DNA of 64,000 nucleotides from Azolla caroliniana (GCA_043228905.1 JBHGNT010000009.1:18104001-18168000), one strand, 5' to 3'. Positions 1 through 13,068 are shown, numbered from the stretch's first letter. Notes: generated from the sequence alone by a model not told the origin. Translations and numbers: made by a program.

Positions 1-2176
1 ATTGCAAATTATGTGGTTTTCATGGGTCTGGGACACTAACACGTTTAGTTGCTCACCTTGCTAGAATTAAAGGTGAAGGTATAGACAAGTGTGAGCAAGT
101 AACTCTAGAGGCATATCAAGATGCTATAGCAGTAGCACAAGGAAGTGAATTGACTCGCAAGAAGCTAAAACGCATTAAAGAAGTAGAAGCCATGGAAAAA
201 CAAATTGAGCAAGAAGGCATGGTGGATTCAATGGTTGATTCAATGTTCCAATCACAACCTTCAATGGATAGCATATGTGCCTCATCTAAGAAGGATTCAA
301 TAGACCAAATTCCTATTGATATTGAAGATACAGAAGGTTCAAGAAGAAAAAGTCTCACTCAAAGCACAATAAGGAGAGGATCAATTGCCGCTATGTTGAT
401 CAAGAAAGACCATGCAAACACAATGTTGGTTAGATGCATTGTGGAAGGTAATCTATCTTTTAATCTTTTGAAAATGTCATGTTGGAGGAACATGTTGTTA
501 GCTTTCTCTGATATTGGGGAAAAGTATAGTGGTATTACCTACAATGATTTAAGAGTTAAATATTTAAAGAAAGAGCATTTGAATGTGCAACACAAAGTGG
601 AAAATGTGAAAGCCCTTTGGCCAAAATATGGAGTTACCATACTTTTAGATGGATGGATTGACACTAGCAAGCGAACACTTGTGAATATTTTGGTCTCATG
701 TTGTTATGGCATAATGTCCCTTAAAACTATTGATTGTAGTGGTGTTTCTACAAGGGTTGATGGTCCATGGTTGGCTGAAATGCTATCAACTGCGATAAAG
801 GAAGTAAAAGTAGAAAATGTGGTGCAAATTGTCACAGATAATGCATCTAATTGTGTTAGCATGGGTCACATTCTAGAGACTGAATTCCCAAGCCTTGTAT
901 GGACTCCTTGTGCATCACATTGTTTAGATTTATTGCTAGAGGATATTGGGAAGTTGAGTTGGGTTCGTCAAGTGCACAAGAGAGCAAATTGTGTGGTTAG
1001 ACTATTCTCCAAGAAGAGGAATGCACGAAAAATTTTCAGCAACTATTCATCTCTTGTGCTCCTTAGGCCAAGTGCCACTCGATTTGGCTACATTCTTATT
1101 GTCCTTGAGAGGCTGGCAAGAGTTTGGAGAGCCCTTGAACAAACTGTGGTTAGTAACTATTGGGAGGATTGGAATGACTCCAAAAAGCCAGATGCGGTCA
1201 AGGTGAAGTCCATTGTGCAAGATAACTCTACTGTGCCGTCAATTATGATTGTAATTTCGATTATGCGTCCACTGTTTTCTGTTTTGCGGCTAACTGATCA
1301 TGAAGGATCTACAATGGGCTTACTTTATGAGTTCATGAGGAGGGCTAGAGACAAATTGCAACAAGGCGCGAGAGAGAATACATTAAACAAGGACAGGTAA
1401 TATGTTTCTATGTACTATGTAGTATGTACATTTGTTGTTTATTGCATCTTTTTCATTTCTTTAAATCATTGATATCAACTACGTTATGCATATTTTGGTA
1501 ACTGTTTACGAGTTTTAATTCAAATTCAAATGTTAGTGCAGATATAAAGAGGTTTTGGAACATTTTGATTGTCGTTGGTCGTGGTTCAAAAAACCAATTT
1601 ATATTGTTGCACATATTTTGCATCCTTTATGGAAGCCCAAAGATCAACCAATAGTTATGAATGAAGAGATGACAGATGGATGGCTTGCATATATTCAAAA
1701 GGTATATTCTATAGATGAATGTGAAATCTTGCAAGATCAATTTGACATGTATAGGAATGGTGTGGGCTGATTTAGCAATGAACTATCAAAATCACACATT
1801 GCAAAATGTAAACCTGTCTCATGGTGGGAAAGATATGGGGACAATGTGCCCTTACTACAATCGTTAGCTTGTAGAGTATTGTCTCAGGTATTATATTTCA
1901 TTTTTTATTAATGTTTCAATTTTATTAATCTTCTATATAGTACAATGACATATATTGTTTTCTTAAAACTTTGTTTGTTTTTTTTTTTTTTCCAAAAAAG
2001 AATATACTCCATTAGTTAAAATATACATGAACACGATCCCTTTCTCAGGTAGGCCGTGCCAAGATTATCCTAGCCTACATACGAGATCTCACTTATTTAT
2101 CTTACACTTTTACATATGACTCAAGCCATCCTTTCAGATACATCACCTACCTTCACTATCCCACTTGCCATGTCTT

Positions 2177-3877
2177 TCACGCCCCTCGTTCAACTAATGG
2201 GAGGGGAAACAACCATCTAGGTACATCATACTTCCATAGTATATCCATTCCATTTGCTGCGGCCATCGGTGTCGTACACCATCTTTTTCGAAAATTCAGC
2301 CTCATTAGGTCTGCAGCATCATTAGTACCATTAATCCGCTCATATTGAGCTCTTAGTGTAGTTATGAGTGTGTGCCAAATTAGCTTAATCGATTCAGCTC
2401 GAGGGCGTTTGTGTGCGGAAAATACCCTGGTACACCTTGCTGTCCATATATGCCATATAGTAATGGGGGCAAGCAACATCCGAAGATCTTCAAGTTTTTG
2501 ATTCTGTACACAAGTTGTAGGTACCCTGTTGTCAGGGATCAGCCGAACAATGCCATTCTCCCCTCTGTACTTAGCATTGCATGTGCTATCGTATGTCGCC
2601 ACATCAACGTCAAGACACATCCAACAAGCATGTCCCCAGTTGAGGGTGAACGAACTAGAGGCATGGCAAAGCAAACGAAGTGCCCTTCCCCATACAGCCA
2701 TTGCATCACGACATTCCCATAGACAATGGGAGATGCTTTCTATCTGTCCACATGCAGTACATCTAGGGTCTACATTGGGGCCTTTACCCCATGTCCCTAC
2801 CGGCAAGGCTCTATGTGCAATAAGCCATAAACACATCATTATCTTGCGGTCATATTTGTCATGCCATATCATTTTCCAGAATTTATCTAGTCTCCTTTCA
2901 CTTATGCCCTCCTGCATCCAAAATTTCCTTGCCGCAACCTTGTCATGTTTTTGTTCTAGAAGAATTTGCCTCCCAATCTTCGTGTTATACCTGAAAAATT
3001 GAACCAGCTTTTCCCCATCAGTTTGTCCTTGAGTTCTCCAAAAATACCTGGTTGGGTCCCATGATAACTGATCCAAATGCCCTTCTATAGGCCAACACAC
3101 TGTCGCCGGTGTGATCTCCCTTGGCTTAGGGTCAATAATCATATTCTTGCCAGTTTTTACGATCAGCCTAATCGGCTTTTCTCTTTGAAAGACTGGTTGC
3201 TCACCTCTTGCCCTTCCGTGCTCTAGTTTGTAGTAGCATACCTCGTTCGATTCTACTTTCATTCCCTTAATGCCAATTAAACAGTTTTCAGCATCTATAA
3301 GACCTGTCCACGCAATTTCAGAGGTTGTTACTTCTTCCTCTTCCAATGTATTCTTGTAGCATGCAATGGCATCTGTAATTCTCTTGAGCATGCCTTTACC
3401 CCTGCTTATTCTCCATATTCTAGCCTTTTGAGTGCCCACCTCATTGGACAAAAACCTCTCCCACTCCACTAATGCATTCCCTTGGGCATTGATTAACTCA
3501 GCCCATTTGAAACCTGTTTTTTGGCCTATCATCAGCCCATCCACATCTCTAATCAATGGGTTCCACACAATTGGCATGTATATCCGCGCATATGCATCAT
3601 TTCTCCACCTACATATGATCCCCTTTCTGATTTCTTGCCATGCTTTCATAATTCCGATAGCACAAAGACTCTGCATACTTCCCCAATATTTGGGCCTCAT
3701 ATCTGGCACAAAGCCCCAAAATGGGCTGCTAGGCCAACATCCACCTTGTCTTGGCAACCACATCTTCCATCTACTCCGCCATAGAACTTTCCAAGGTGCC
3801 TCAGGAGGTTGTAGGCTCCGGACCACTAGTTTGCCTAACAAGGCCTTCGTTTGCATCACGGGATCTATCAATCCCAC
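2177..3877 (-). pseudogene. LINE ORF2 C-terminal region with zf-RVT
   Basis: CTACGQIESISHCLWEC zinc knuckle and IWHIWTARC motif. Confidence 0.88.
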
Positions 3878-3884
3878 CCCCCCT

Positions 3885-5564
3885 TCACTTTTCCTTTTTA
3901 TAAGTGTGGTCCAAGCAATCTTTGCAACGGCTTGTTTTTCCTCTGTGCCCCCCCCATAAGAAATTTCTAATGATCTTTTTTATCAATTTCATCGACTTGG
4001 GCACGATTATCCAGCATGCAGCAGTGTGCCATATAGTGGCCATTAGAATCTGATTTGCAATCACAATCTTTCCCGCAAAGGATAGTTTTCTTGCATTCCA
4101 CCATATTAGCTTCATTTTTATTTTATCCACTAGTAGATTGTAGTGTTTTGCCCGATCAATGTCCATACCAATTTTGAAGCCCAAGTATCTAGTAGCTTCT
4201 CCTTTCCTCAACCATCTAAAATTGGGGTCGGGGACCCAGTTTAACATGGGTTTATTACTGATCCAAATGCCCACATATTTATTCCAATTTATTTTAGCAT
4301 CAGATCCCCTACAAAACTCATCAATTGCATTTTGCAATCTGCCCAAGTTGTGTGCATCACCTTTGACATAGGTCATTGTGTCATCAACATATGTCGTATC
4401 AAGCACCATAACTTCAACATCGGGTAAGGTAAGGCCTTGTATTTGCCAAGATCTATCAGCAATTTGATAATGCAAAGCTTCTGCTGCAATTATGTATAAA
4501 TACGGGGCTAATGGGCATCCTTGGCGTACCGAACGTAGCATCTTAAAGCTCTTCCCCATACTTCTAGCCATTAACACTTGGCTGGATGCACCTCTGTAGA
4601 AGGCACCCATTCCACGGATCCATTGTTGTTCAAAACCTAGGGCTGCCATCATTGCTTCTAGGAAATCCCATGAAATCCTGTCATATGCTTTTTCGAAGTC
4701 AAGTAGCATTACTGCTAGGTCCACTTCTTGCTCCTCAGCCCATGTTGAGTATTCCCAGAATGTTATCACATTGTCCACAATACTCCGGTTTTCCAAGAAA
4801 CCAGTTTGCGTTGTATGTATAATGTCCCCAAGTACCATTTTCAATCTCTTACTTACGACTTTGGCCATTATCTTATATGTATTGGTAAGGATCGTCAATG
4901 GTCGCCAATTATCAAGCGTTGCTAGGTCTTTACCAGCCTTGGGTATTAAATAAATCATGCCTCTACACATTGTTGTGGGCATTAGTCCTTCTACCATAAT
5001 GTGTTGCATCCCTGCCAGCATGTCATCCTTAATTAGATCCCAATACTGGATGTAAAAGTATAGAGGAAGTCCATCAATTCCTGCACAACTTTGTTTGTTC
5101 ATATCCCCAATAACATCCCACAATTCATGCATACTTATAGGGGTATTTAGTTGGTCCATCATTTGAGCCGTAACTTTCCTTGGTATCCTCTTTATTATAT
5201 TTCTAAAGGCAACCTGATGAATCAGATCCTTATTGCATACATTTAGTAGTTGAGTATAATAGCTTGTGGCTATTTCAAGCATTTCCTCTTTGCATGTGGT
5301 CATTGTGCCATCTGTCTTTTTTAAGCATGAAGGTTGAAACCCAGATCCTTTGCATTTAACACCTTCAAAAAAACCTTTAGTAACCTGATCTCCTACCCTC
5401 ATCCAGCTTGCTGCCCTACTTCGATAGGCATAGGTACTCCTAAGTTTTTGGTACCTCTCTAATTTGCTTTTGGCCTCCTCAAGTTGCGCCTCAATCCATA
5501 CATTATGTGGGTATAATTCTCTTAGTCGTTGCATAGAAGCGAGTGACCATTGCATTCTTTGCAT
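3885..5564 (-). pseudogene. LINE ORF2 reverse transcriptase domain
   Basis: GIDG, NWRPLTIL, LDFEKAYD, RQGCPLAP, YVDD and RYLG motifs. Frameshifted relative to the neighbouring ORF2 pieces. Confidence 0.93.
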
Positions 5565-5852
5565 TTTCTCTCTTATCTCTTTTCTAATTTCAATCGCTTT
5601 TTGTTGAAAAAACCCTGCACATGCCTAAAGTTTCCCAGCTAGCCTATGAGCAGGGTCAAGGTACCTCCATCTGATATCATACCATATTTTCCGTATATCA
5701 TCGGTTCATTTAGTATCCATAACCAATTCCTTACAAACCTTCACATTATGTGGCTTGCAGCGATTGTTTTCTTGTATGTGTAACAGAACTGGGGCATGAT
5801 CAGAGAACATTGTACCCGGGCAAATAATGCATCTACCTTTCCTATCCATGAG

Positions 5853-6539
5853 TCAAGGGTCCAAATACCATCTGTCCAGCCTAGACATCGTCCTCCCGTG
5901 CACACTTCCTCCTACTCCAGAGTAGCGAAGAGATTTTTCTTTTTGCATTTGAAAGTTAGGGGCATTCCAACAATCTATCACATTATATGCTAAACAAAAC
6001 TTATCCCATGCATTCTTCTCTGCCCCCTGTACCATTCCATTTGCATTGCCTCTTCTATCTTCTGGATGCTCCACCATATTAAAGTCTCCTCCAATGATCC
6101 ACAACTCAGCATCTAGTTTCTTGGCCACTAGTTGCAACCAGAATTCTTGTCTTTCAGTAGCTGAATTTGGGGCATAAATGTTCAGTATGCCCAAGTGCCC
6201 ACAACTGTGTTTTATCCTTATGTAGATAGCACGACCCTCTATTAAACTACCCCTGCCTGTACAGTCAGCAGTAAACTTAGCTTTCATAGCTATAAGTACT
6301 CCCCCCTGAATCTGCCTATCTCCCGTAGCTGCTGACCATGTATTGGTCCAGTTTCCGGGGCAAATGCTTCCTATTTTATCGATCTTGTCCCCATCTAGAT
6401 GGTGCTCCTGCACCAAGATAATATTAGGCAACACTGCCTCAGTGCATCGCTGAATTTCAGCAGCCAACACATTCTTTTTCATCCGGAATTGGGTGCCACC
6501 AATTCCTTGTATATTCCAAGTTAGCAAGTTGAGATTCAT
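5853..6539 (-). pseudogene. LINE ORF2 APE endonuclease domain
   Basis: LLTWNIQG, ILVQEHH, NIYAPN, IGGDFN and SRLDRWY motifs. Confidence 0.92.
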
Positions 6540-6708
6540 ATAAGCTGCACCTTCTGAGGCCCAGCCAATGCATTTTCCGCTTCCAATATGGTAGCTAATA
6601 TCCGATCTTGGAGATTTTCCTCTTCCAACTGTGTCAGCATTTCAGGGATGTATACCATGAACTCCGTTATCAGATTAGGAAGCTTCCTAAATTTCACATT
6701 TATGAAGC
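6536..6708 (-). pseudogene. C-terminal remnant of LINE ORF1
   Basis: Open frame from the 5' truncation point to a TGA that overlaps the ORF2 ATG (ATGA, 6536-6539). Confidence 0.5.
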
Positions 6709-7537
6709 TAAAACTTTGTGTCATAGGATTGCTCTTCTGGAGCTGCTGAAAGAAATTGGAATGCACATGCATCAGCACATACAAAAAGGAGGAACCGTTT
6801 GAAGGTGAAACAAGTGGAGAGATTAGTATATGTTAGAGAAAACTTAAGGCTTGTTCAAAGCTTTCAAACTCATGCAGGTCTTCCAATGTAGGTCTACATC
6901 TTTCTTATTCATGTTTGATATTTGATGTTTAGAAAACCATTTGAATTTTGTAGGTTAATTAACAAGCCTTGTTAATTGGTTGTGGTTTAAATATTGTAAA
7001 TCATTATTATGATACCAAAATATTATTTGATTTCGGTAAATCCAAATGAGATAGACATTGACAAGACTCCTGAAATGCCTCCATCAACAACCAATATTGA
7101 TACTCAATTCGCACAAGCATATTTTGAGGAAGCTGAGGCTATGCATATTGGTCGGGTTACTCGAAGTAGATCTAAGTTTACCGATATGATAGTGGATGAA
7201 GGATTGGTGGAATCAAGTTCTAACACTATTAGAAAGGGTCGTGGATATGTTCGTAGTCATGCTTGTGCAAGAGTTGCAAGTACAAGAAGGATAATTACTC
7301 GACAAACTACAACTGAGGCTTGCAATGCTGAATTTGGTAAATGATGATGGAGATAAAGAGGATGAAGACATTGACAATGCCATAGTTGATTCATCTTCTG
7401 ATAGTGATTATGTGGACAACTATGATGATACAACAACGGAATCTTCTAATGATGATTTAGAAGAAGAAATATAATCGAAAATTGCATGGAGATATGTATT
7501 GTTGGTTTTAACTTTTACATATCTATTCTAATTTTGA

Positions 7538-7630
7538 TTCAAACTTCAAACTTCAAACTTCAAAGTTTAAACTTCAAACTTCAATTTTGGTTCAATTTTG
7601 ATGTGTTTTGGTTCAAACTTCAAACTTCAA
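7538..7630. repeat. Degenerate (CAAACTT)n 7-bp tandem repeats in the hAT subterminal region
   Basis: ttcaaacttcaaacttcaaacttcaaa... seen directly. Confidence 0.8.
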
Positions 7631-7962
7631 TTGTGTTCTCGAATCTCAAATCTCTAGTGTCCACTTTCATTTAAAAATATGTAAATCACGTGTATAATGT
7701 ATAAATGTATTGAAACATAGATAACTATTTATCCAAATTACAAGTATATAGTATTCAAGTTACAAGTACCTTTGCAAATTGGTTTTTAAGTATTTGATGT
7801 TTTTAACGTATTCAAAACATACTCAACGAACTCAATGAACTCAACGTATTTTACCTTTAAATACGTATTCTAAGAGCTTATAAATTATTTTTAGAATACT
7901 TATAAAATACGTAGCATACGTATTATACGCGTACGGTATGCTATGTATGTTACAACCATGGC

Positions 7963-8387
7963 TGTCATGAGATGGCAAGACTCGAACCCATGACCTTATG
8001 GTATATGGGTCGAGCTCTTAACCATCACACCATCTATTGTAATTCATAGGATATTATTTTCATTTATGTTTTATTATAAGAAAGTAATGTATATTCCAGA
8101 TTTCTCTAGAACATTCTAGAAGTTTCAGGATTACTCCTGACAACACTATAAAAGAAGGCACTAGGCATTATGTTGAACCAAATTGGTTCAACACCAGTCT
8201 TAAGCCTCTTAGCCGATTTGTACTTATCTTTCATATAATATAAGAGTTGTTGTCATCATCCTCTCTCTCTCTCTCCTCTACTCACTTCCTCTCTCTCGGG
8301 AATCTTACGCAGTCTCGTCCTCTTAGTACTAATAGTACTGTTCTTCTTAGTACTAATTCCATCTCTGCTTTAGTACTATTCCTGACA
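7963..8387 (+). repeat. 5' LTR of the chromovirus
   Basis: TGTCA...TGACA termini, TATAAAA at 8147-8153, about 5 substitutions versus the 3' LTR by eye. Confidence 0.95.
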
Positions 8388-8389
8388 GT

Positions 8390-8400
8390 TTGAACCAATT
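8390..8400 (+). promoter_or_regulatory. Non-tRNA primer-binding site, probably self-priming
   Basis: TTGAACCAATT lies 2 nt after the LTR and is the exact reverse complement of AATTGGTTCAA at 8181-8191. Confidence 0.75.
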
Positions 8401-8459
8401 TTCCTTTCCTCCAGCCTACTTGTCGTTCTCCCTCATCCTCCTACCCTTTTCCCTATACT

Positions 8460-9534
8460 ATGGCTACTGTTAGCGCCCAAGAATATCAATCCGTTTTCTC
8501 CGAGTTACAGTGCCTAAAAGAAAAGTTTGTTGCCCTGGAACAAGAAAACCAACGGTTGATAGGGGATCTGCAACAAATCGCTCTCGAAAAACAACAAACG
8601 CAACAACAACATGGGGAGTTAGCATTACGGGTACAACAACTCGAAGCAGCGTTGCAACAACAAGGATCAAGTCCCCAAGGATTTCATAAAGAGCCCAAGA
8701 TTGGACTTCCTGTGAAATTTGATGGAGCGTGATCGCAATTCCGGGGATTCCTTAATCAGGTACGCTTAGTCATCCAGATGCATCCTTCCCGATATCCCAC
8801 TGATGCATCTCGAGTCGGCCTAATAGGCACGTTACTTAGCGGTTCAGCCTTGGCATGGTTCGCTCCGCTTCTAGAAAAACAATCCCCCTTGCTTAATAAC
8901 TTTGAAGATTTTATTGGTGAGTTTAAAGCCTGCTTTGGAGACATCGACAACATCAGGACGGCGATCAACAAGATCCGGCGATTGCGTCAAGGCGATCGTC
9001 CAGCCTCTGCCTACGCGGCGGATTTCCGCCTACTCGCTTCCGACATACCCTGGGATGAGCAAGCACTAATGGAGCAGTTTCGCGGTCCGATGTGACAACC
9101 GCCTCTTCGAACGGCGTTCGGAACGTCAATTACAGATACCACGCGCTAGGCCGGAGCCCACTTACGCCGCAGTCGCGGCTAGACCGTTTGCACGAGACAT
9201 ACCTCAAGCAAATACTTCGACACCAATGGAGATCGATACCATGCGTCGACGCGGCCCGTTATCAGAAGAAGAAAAGCAACGACGACATGCAAATCGATTA
9301 TGTCTTTATTGCGGTGGACCAAGGCATATCGCAATCAATTGTCCCCATAGGCCAAGAAGACAGGTAAATCAAATTGTAGCCTGTACTAAACCTGAGTCAA
9401 TTCTTCCCTTAGGAGTGTTTGATAGTATCAATAGTACTAATAGAGTGTTTGATAGTATTCATAGTACTAATAGCCCAAGTATCTCAAATAAATTTGAAAT
9501 CCTTGGTCAATTAGATGAAGAGTTAAATGATTGA
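8460..9534 (+). pseudogene. Chromovirus gag (coiled coil, capsid, CCHC knuckle), disrupted
   Basis: LPVKFDG, LSGSALAW, LRQG and CLYCGGPRHIAINC motifs. TGA at 8730-8732 and a frameshift/deletion near 9090. Confidence 0.9.
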
Positions 9535-12500
9535 GTCCAGCCAAAATAGGAGCCGTTTGGTTGGACAGCAGCCCTAGATCTGTACAGCCCATTAGTGGTT
9601 CCATTCCTTCCAAGCAAGTTAGCAATGTGTTCCTAGCCCAAGTCATTGTTAGTACTAAAAGTACTCCCCCAGTACCCGTCCTAGAACTTTTAGATTCCGG
9701 AGCTAATTCTTGTTTCATGGATCGAAATTTTGCCCAAGCTTCTCAGATATCCCTAAGAAAACTTCCCTGTCCCGCATCTGTAGTAGTCATTGATGGTCGT
9801 CCCATTGCTTCCGGGAATATTGTAGAAGAATCAGAACCCATTCAAGTTGTCCTAGGTAGTTTTGTGTGTGTAATATCATTTAATATAATTAGTAGTCAGC
9901 CATAGATTGGAGAACAAGAGAAGTCCGCTATCGACCACCCCAAGAATCTACTCACCGAGTTTCGACCATTTCACTCCATCAATTACGCGAAGAAGGACAC
10001 AAGGAGGCAATGTTCCTATTTGCAATATCAGTACATCCTTCCAGCACTATTAAGAAGGACTCCTTAGTACAACTTCCGGCAAAATATCATCCTTATGCCG
10101 ATGTATTTGACAAGGTAAAACCCAGTACCCTTCCTCATCACCGTCCCTATGACTGTCCCATCGATTTACAACCAGGAACCGAGCCACCATGGGGACCAAT
10201 TTACAACTTGTCACCCACCGAGTTAGATTCAGTCCTTCGAGCCTACATAGAGGAGAACTTAGCAAGCGGGTTCATCCGTCATTCGAAATCTCCGGCCGGT
10301 GCACCCATCTTCTTTGTCAAGAAGAAAGATGGCTCACTTCGTCTCGTCGTTGATTACCGCGGATTGAATAAGGTCACCATCCGGAATAGGTATGCACTTC
10401 CTCTTATATCAAGTCTTTTGGAGCGAGTTAATGGTGCCAAGTTTTTTACCAAAATCGATCTACGAGGAGCGTATAACCTCGTGCGGATCTGACCGGGAGA
10501 TGAATGGAAGACCGCCTTTCGCACGCGGTATGGGCATTTCGAGTATACTGTTATGCCGTTCGGCCTAACCAATGCACCCGCAGTCTTCCAACACATGGCA
10601 AATGATATATTCAGAGACCTCTTGGATATCTGTTTGATCATCTATCTTGATGATCTATTGATTTATTCGAAGACCCAGCAAGAGCACGATTCTCATGTAC
10701 TATTAGTACTAAAGCGATTCCGTGAGAATGGTCTTTATGCCAAGCTAGAAAAATGTAGCTTTGATTGCAAGCAAGTGGAATTTCTAGGCTACGTCATCTC
10801 CTGAAAGGGCATCGCCATGGATCCAGCTAAAGTCCAAACTGTACTAGAGTGGCAAATTCCACGGTCGGTACGAGATATACAATGTTTTCTAGGTTTTGCT
10901 AACTTCTACCGTAAGTTTATACAGGATTACTCGAAGATTATCTTACCCCTCACACAACTTACGAAGAAGGGCCAAGCATTTCTTTGGTCCATTGAAGCAG
11001 ATATGGCTTTTCGGCATCTTAAGAAAGCCTTTACATCAGCACCGATTCTAGCTCATGTGGATACTAGCAAACCATTCATCATGGAGGCCGATGCTTCAGA
11101 TTTCGCCCTCGGTAGCATCCTTTCTCAACAAGGAGATAAAGAAGAGTTGCATTTGGTGGCTTTCCATTCACGCAAATTCGATGTTGTGGAAATCAACTAT
11201 GAAATACATGACAAGGAGTTATTAGCCATCGTGGATTCATTTGTGCAATGGCGGCATTTCTTAGAGGGCTCTCCACATCAGGTCATTGTCTTTAGTGATC
11301 ATAAAAATCTTGCTTATTTCCAGAACGCTCGCGTACTAAATCGACGGCAAGCTCGGTGGGCGCAATTCCTCACGCGTTTCGACTTCAAAATCACATATCG
11401 ACCGGGGAAGCAGCAAGGAAAAGCAGATGCACTATCACGGTGTTCATATCTTGCACCTCGTCCTGGTGATCCAACATTTGATAATCAAAAGCAAGTAATC
11501 TTGGGACCAACACGATTGCACATGACGCGGATTTTTCATACCCTGATGGATTCACGGATTACCGACGACATACGTGCAAACTTGAAGACGGATAGTTTTG
11601 CTCAAAACATCTTGGCGCACATTGATACTTCTCGGGCATCCTGTTCTCAATCTCAACAACCAGGTATTGACTACCGACAATTCAAATATCATGATGGTTT
11701 GTTATTCTTTAAAAAGCGTGTATATGTCCCCGATTGCTCCTATCGCCTTCAAATCGTCCAGCATTGTCACGACACCCATACGGCGGGACATTTCGGTAGT
11801 ACTAAGATGTTGGAGCTAGTGCAGCGATCTTTTTGGTGGCCCCACATGCGCCGTTTTGTCGATGACTACGTTCGGACCTGTGATGCTTGCTGCCGAGCAA
11901 AGATGCCACGACACCATCCATATGGCTTGTTGGAACCGTTACCGATTCCAAGTAAGCCGTGGCAATCTATTTGCCTTGATTTTATCACAGATCTGCCGGT
12001 CTCGCAGGGGTTCGATGCTATCTTAACCGTTGTCGATCGATATACGAAGATGGCACATTTTGTTCCATGTACTAAGGCCATCACTAGCGAGGAAACCGCC
12101 GCCCTAGTCATGCGTGAGGTATTTCGGCATCATGGCCTCCCAGACAGTATCATTAGTGACCGAGGACCGCAATTTGTCTCCAAATTTTGGCAGCTTCTCT
12201 TCAAGATGCTCAAGGTCTCTTGCAACCTCTCCTCCGACTACCATCCTCAGACCGATGGGCAGGCAGAACGAGCAAACCAAACGTTAGAGCAATATCTCCG
12301 GTGTTTCCTGAGTTATCAACAAGACGATTGGGCCGAGATTCTCCACTTTGCGGAGTTTGCGTATAATAATGTTGTTCACTCCTCGACTCGAGTCTCCCCA
12401 TTCTACGCTTATACCGGTTCTCATCCTCGCTGGTCGGTGATCGACACCCCGGAGCTACCTACCAATCCTCGTGCCGGGGATCATTTGGAGAGACTACGCA

Positions 12501-13057
12501 AGATCCAGACAGATCTCTCGACTCATCTTCGTCATGCGCAACAGACACAGAAGACTTACGCGGATCGTCATCGGCTTCCCTCCTCTTTTGCCATCGGAGA
12601 TCGAGTATGGCTCTTACGTCGTCACATCAAGACTACTCGACCGTGCGACAAGTTGGATTATCGACGACTCGGTCCTTTCCTTATTACGGGTAAAGTTAAT
12701 GATGTCACATTCCGCCTTGATCTCCCTCCGCAGCTTCAGATACATACGGTTTTCCATTGTTCTCTTCTTGAACCTTATAAAGCAAACACCATTCCCGATC
12801 GTGTTACGCCGCCGCCGCCGCCGCTGGAGTTGGACACCGGCCCGGAGTATGAAGTTGCTGCCATCTTCGATTCCAAACTTATTCGCAACAAACTTTATTA
12901 TTTGGTCGATTGGGTTGGTTATAGTCCGAGCGAATGCACTTGGGAACCTGTCGAGCATGTTGCCAATGCTCAGGATTTGCTTGCTGATTTCCACCGAAAG
13001 TATCCGGACAAACCCGGTCTGCAATCAGCGCCGACTCGTTCTACTCATCGTCTTTAA
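9531..13057 (+). pseudogene. Chromovirus pol (PR, RT, RNase H, integrase, chromodomain), disrupted
   Basis: LLDSGA, KIDLRGAYN, YLDD, DASD, HHCC and SDRG integrase motifs, GPF, and the chromodomain EYEV...YLVDWVGY...TWEP. In-frame TGA at 10490 and 10802. Confidence 0.95.
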
Positions 13058-13068
13058 GGGGGAGATAG

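Larger units (their letters stand above)
1975..6708 (-). mobile_element. 5'-truncated L1/Tx1-type LINE inserted antisense in hAT intron 2
   Basis: Poly(A) tail seen as a T-run at 1975-1991. 11-bp TSD TAAAACTTTGT at 1964-1974 and 6709-6719. Encodes APE, RT and zf-RVT domains. Confidence 0.92.
1..6891 (+). pseudogene. hAT transposase (BED finger, DUF659/RNase H-like core, dimerisation domain); exons <1-1396, 1542-1887, 6727-~6891
   Basis: Motifs: CKLC..HLA..C (BED) from base 3 in the ORF frame; DGW, VTDNASN, CASHCLDLLL, TRF; WWERYG..LQSLACRVLSQ | DCSSGAAERNW..RNRL..LVYVRENL. GT-AG introns keep the frame. Premature TGA at 1768-1770. Confidence 0.88.
1..7960 (+). mobile_element. hAT DNA transposon (DUF659 type), 5' end outside the window, interrupted by a LINE
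   Basis: Transposase exons (next entry), acidic tail to ~7474 and subterminal short repeats. Putative 3' TIR ...GTTACAACCATG ends at 7960. After removing the Gypsy insertion and its TSD, Copia integrase sequence resumes straight after it. Confidence 0.8.

Noticed and set aside
6709-6845. Extending the LINE and ORF 6536-6784 to a 7-bp AAAACTT repeat at 6839-6845
   Set aside because: 6727-6891 is hAT exon 3 on the + strand (ERNW, RNRL, LVYV), and a better 11-bp TSD lies at 6709-6719.
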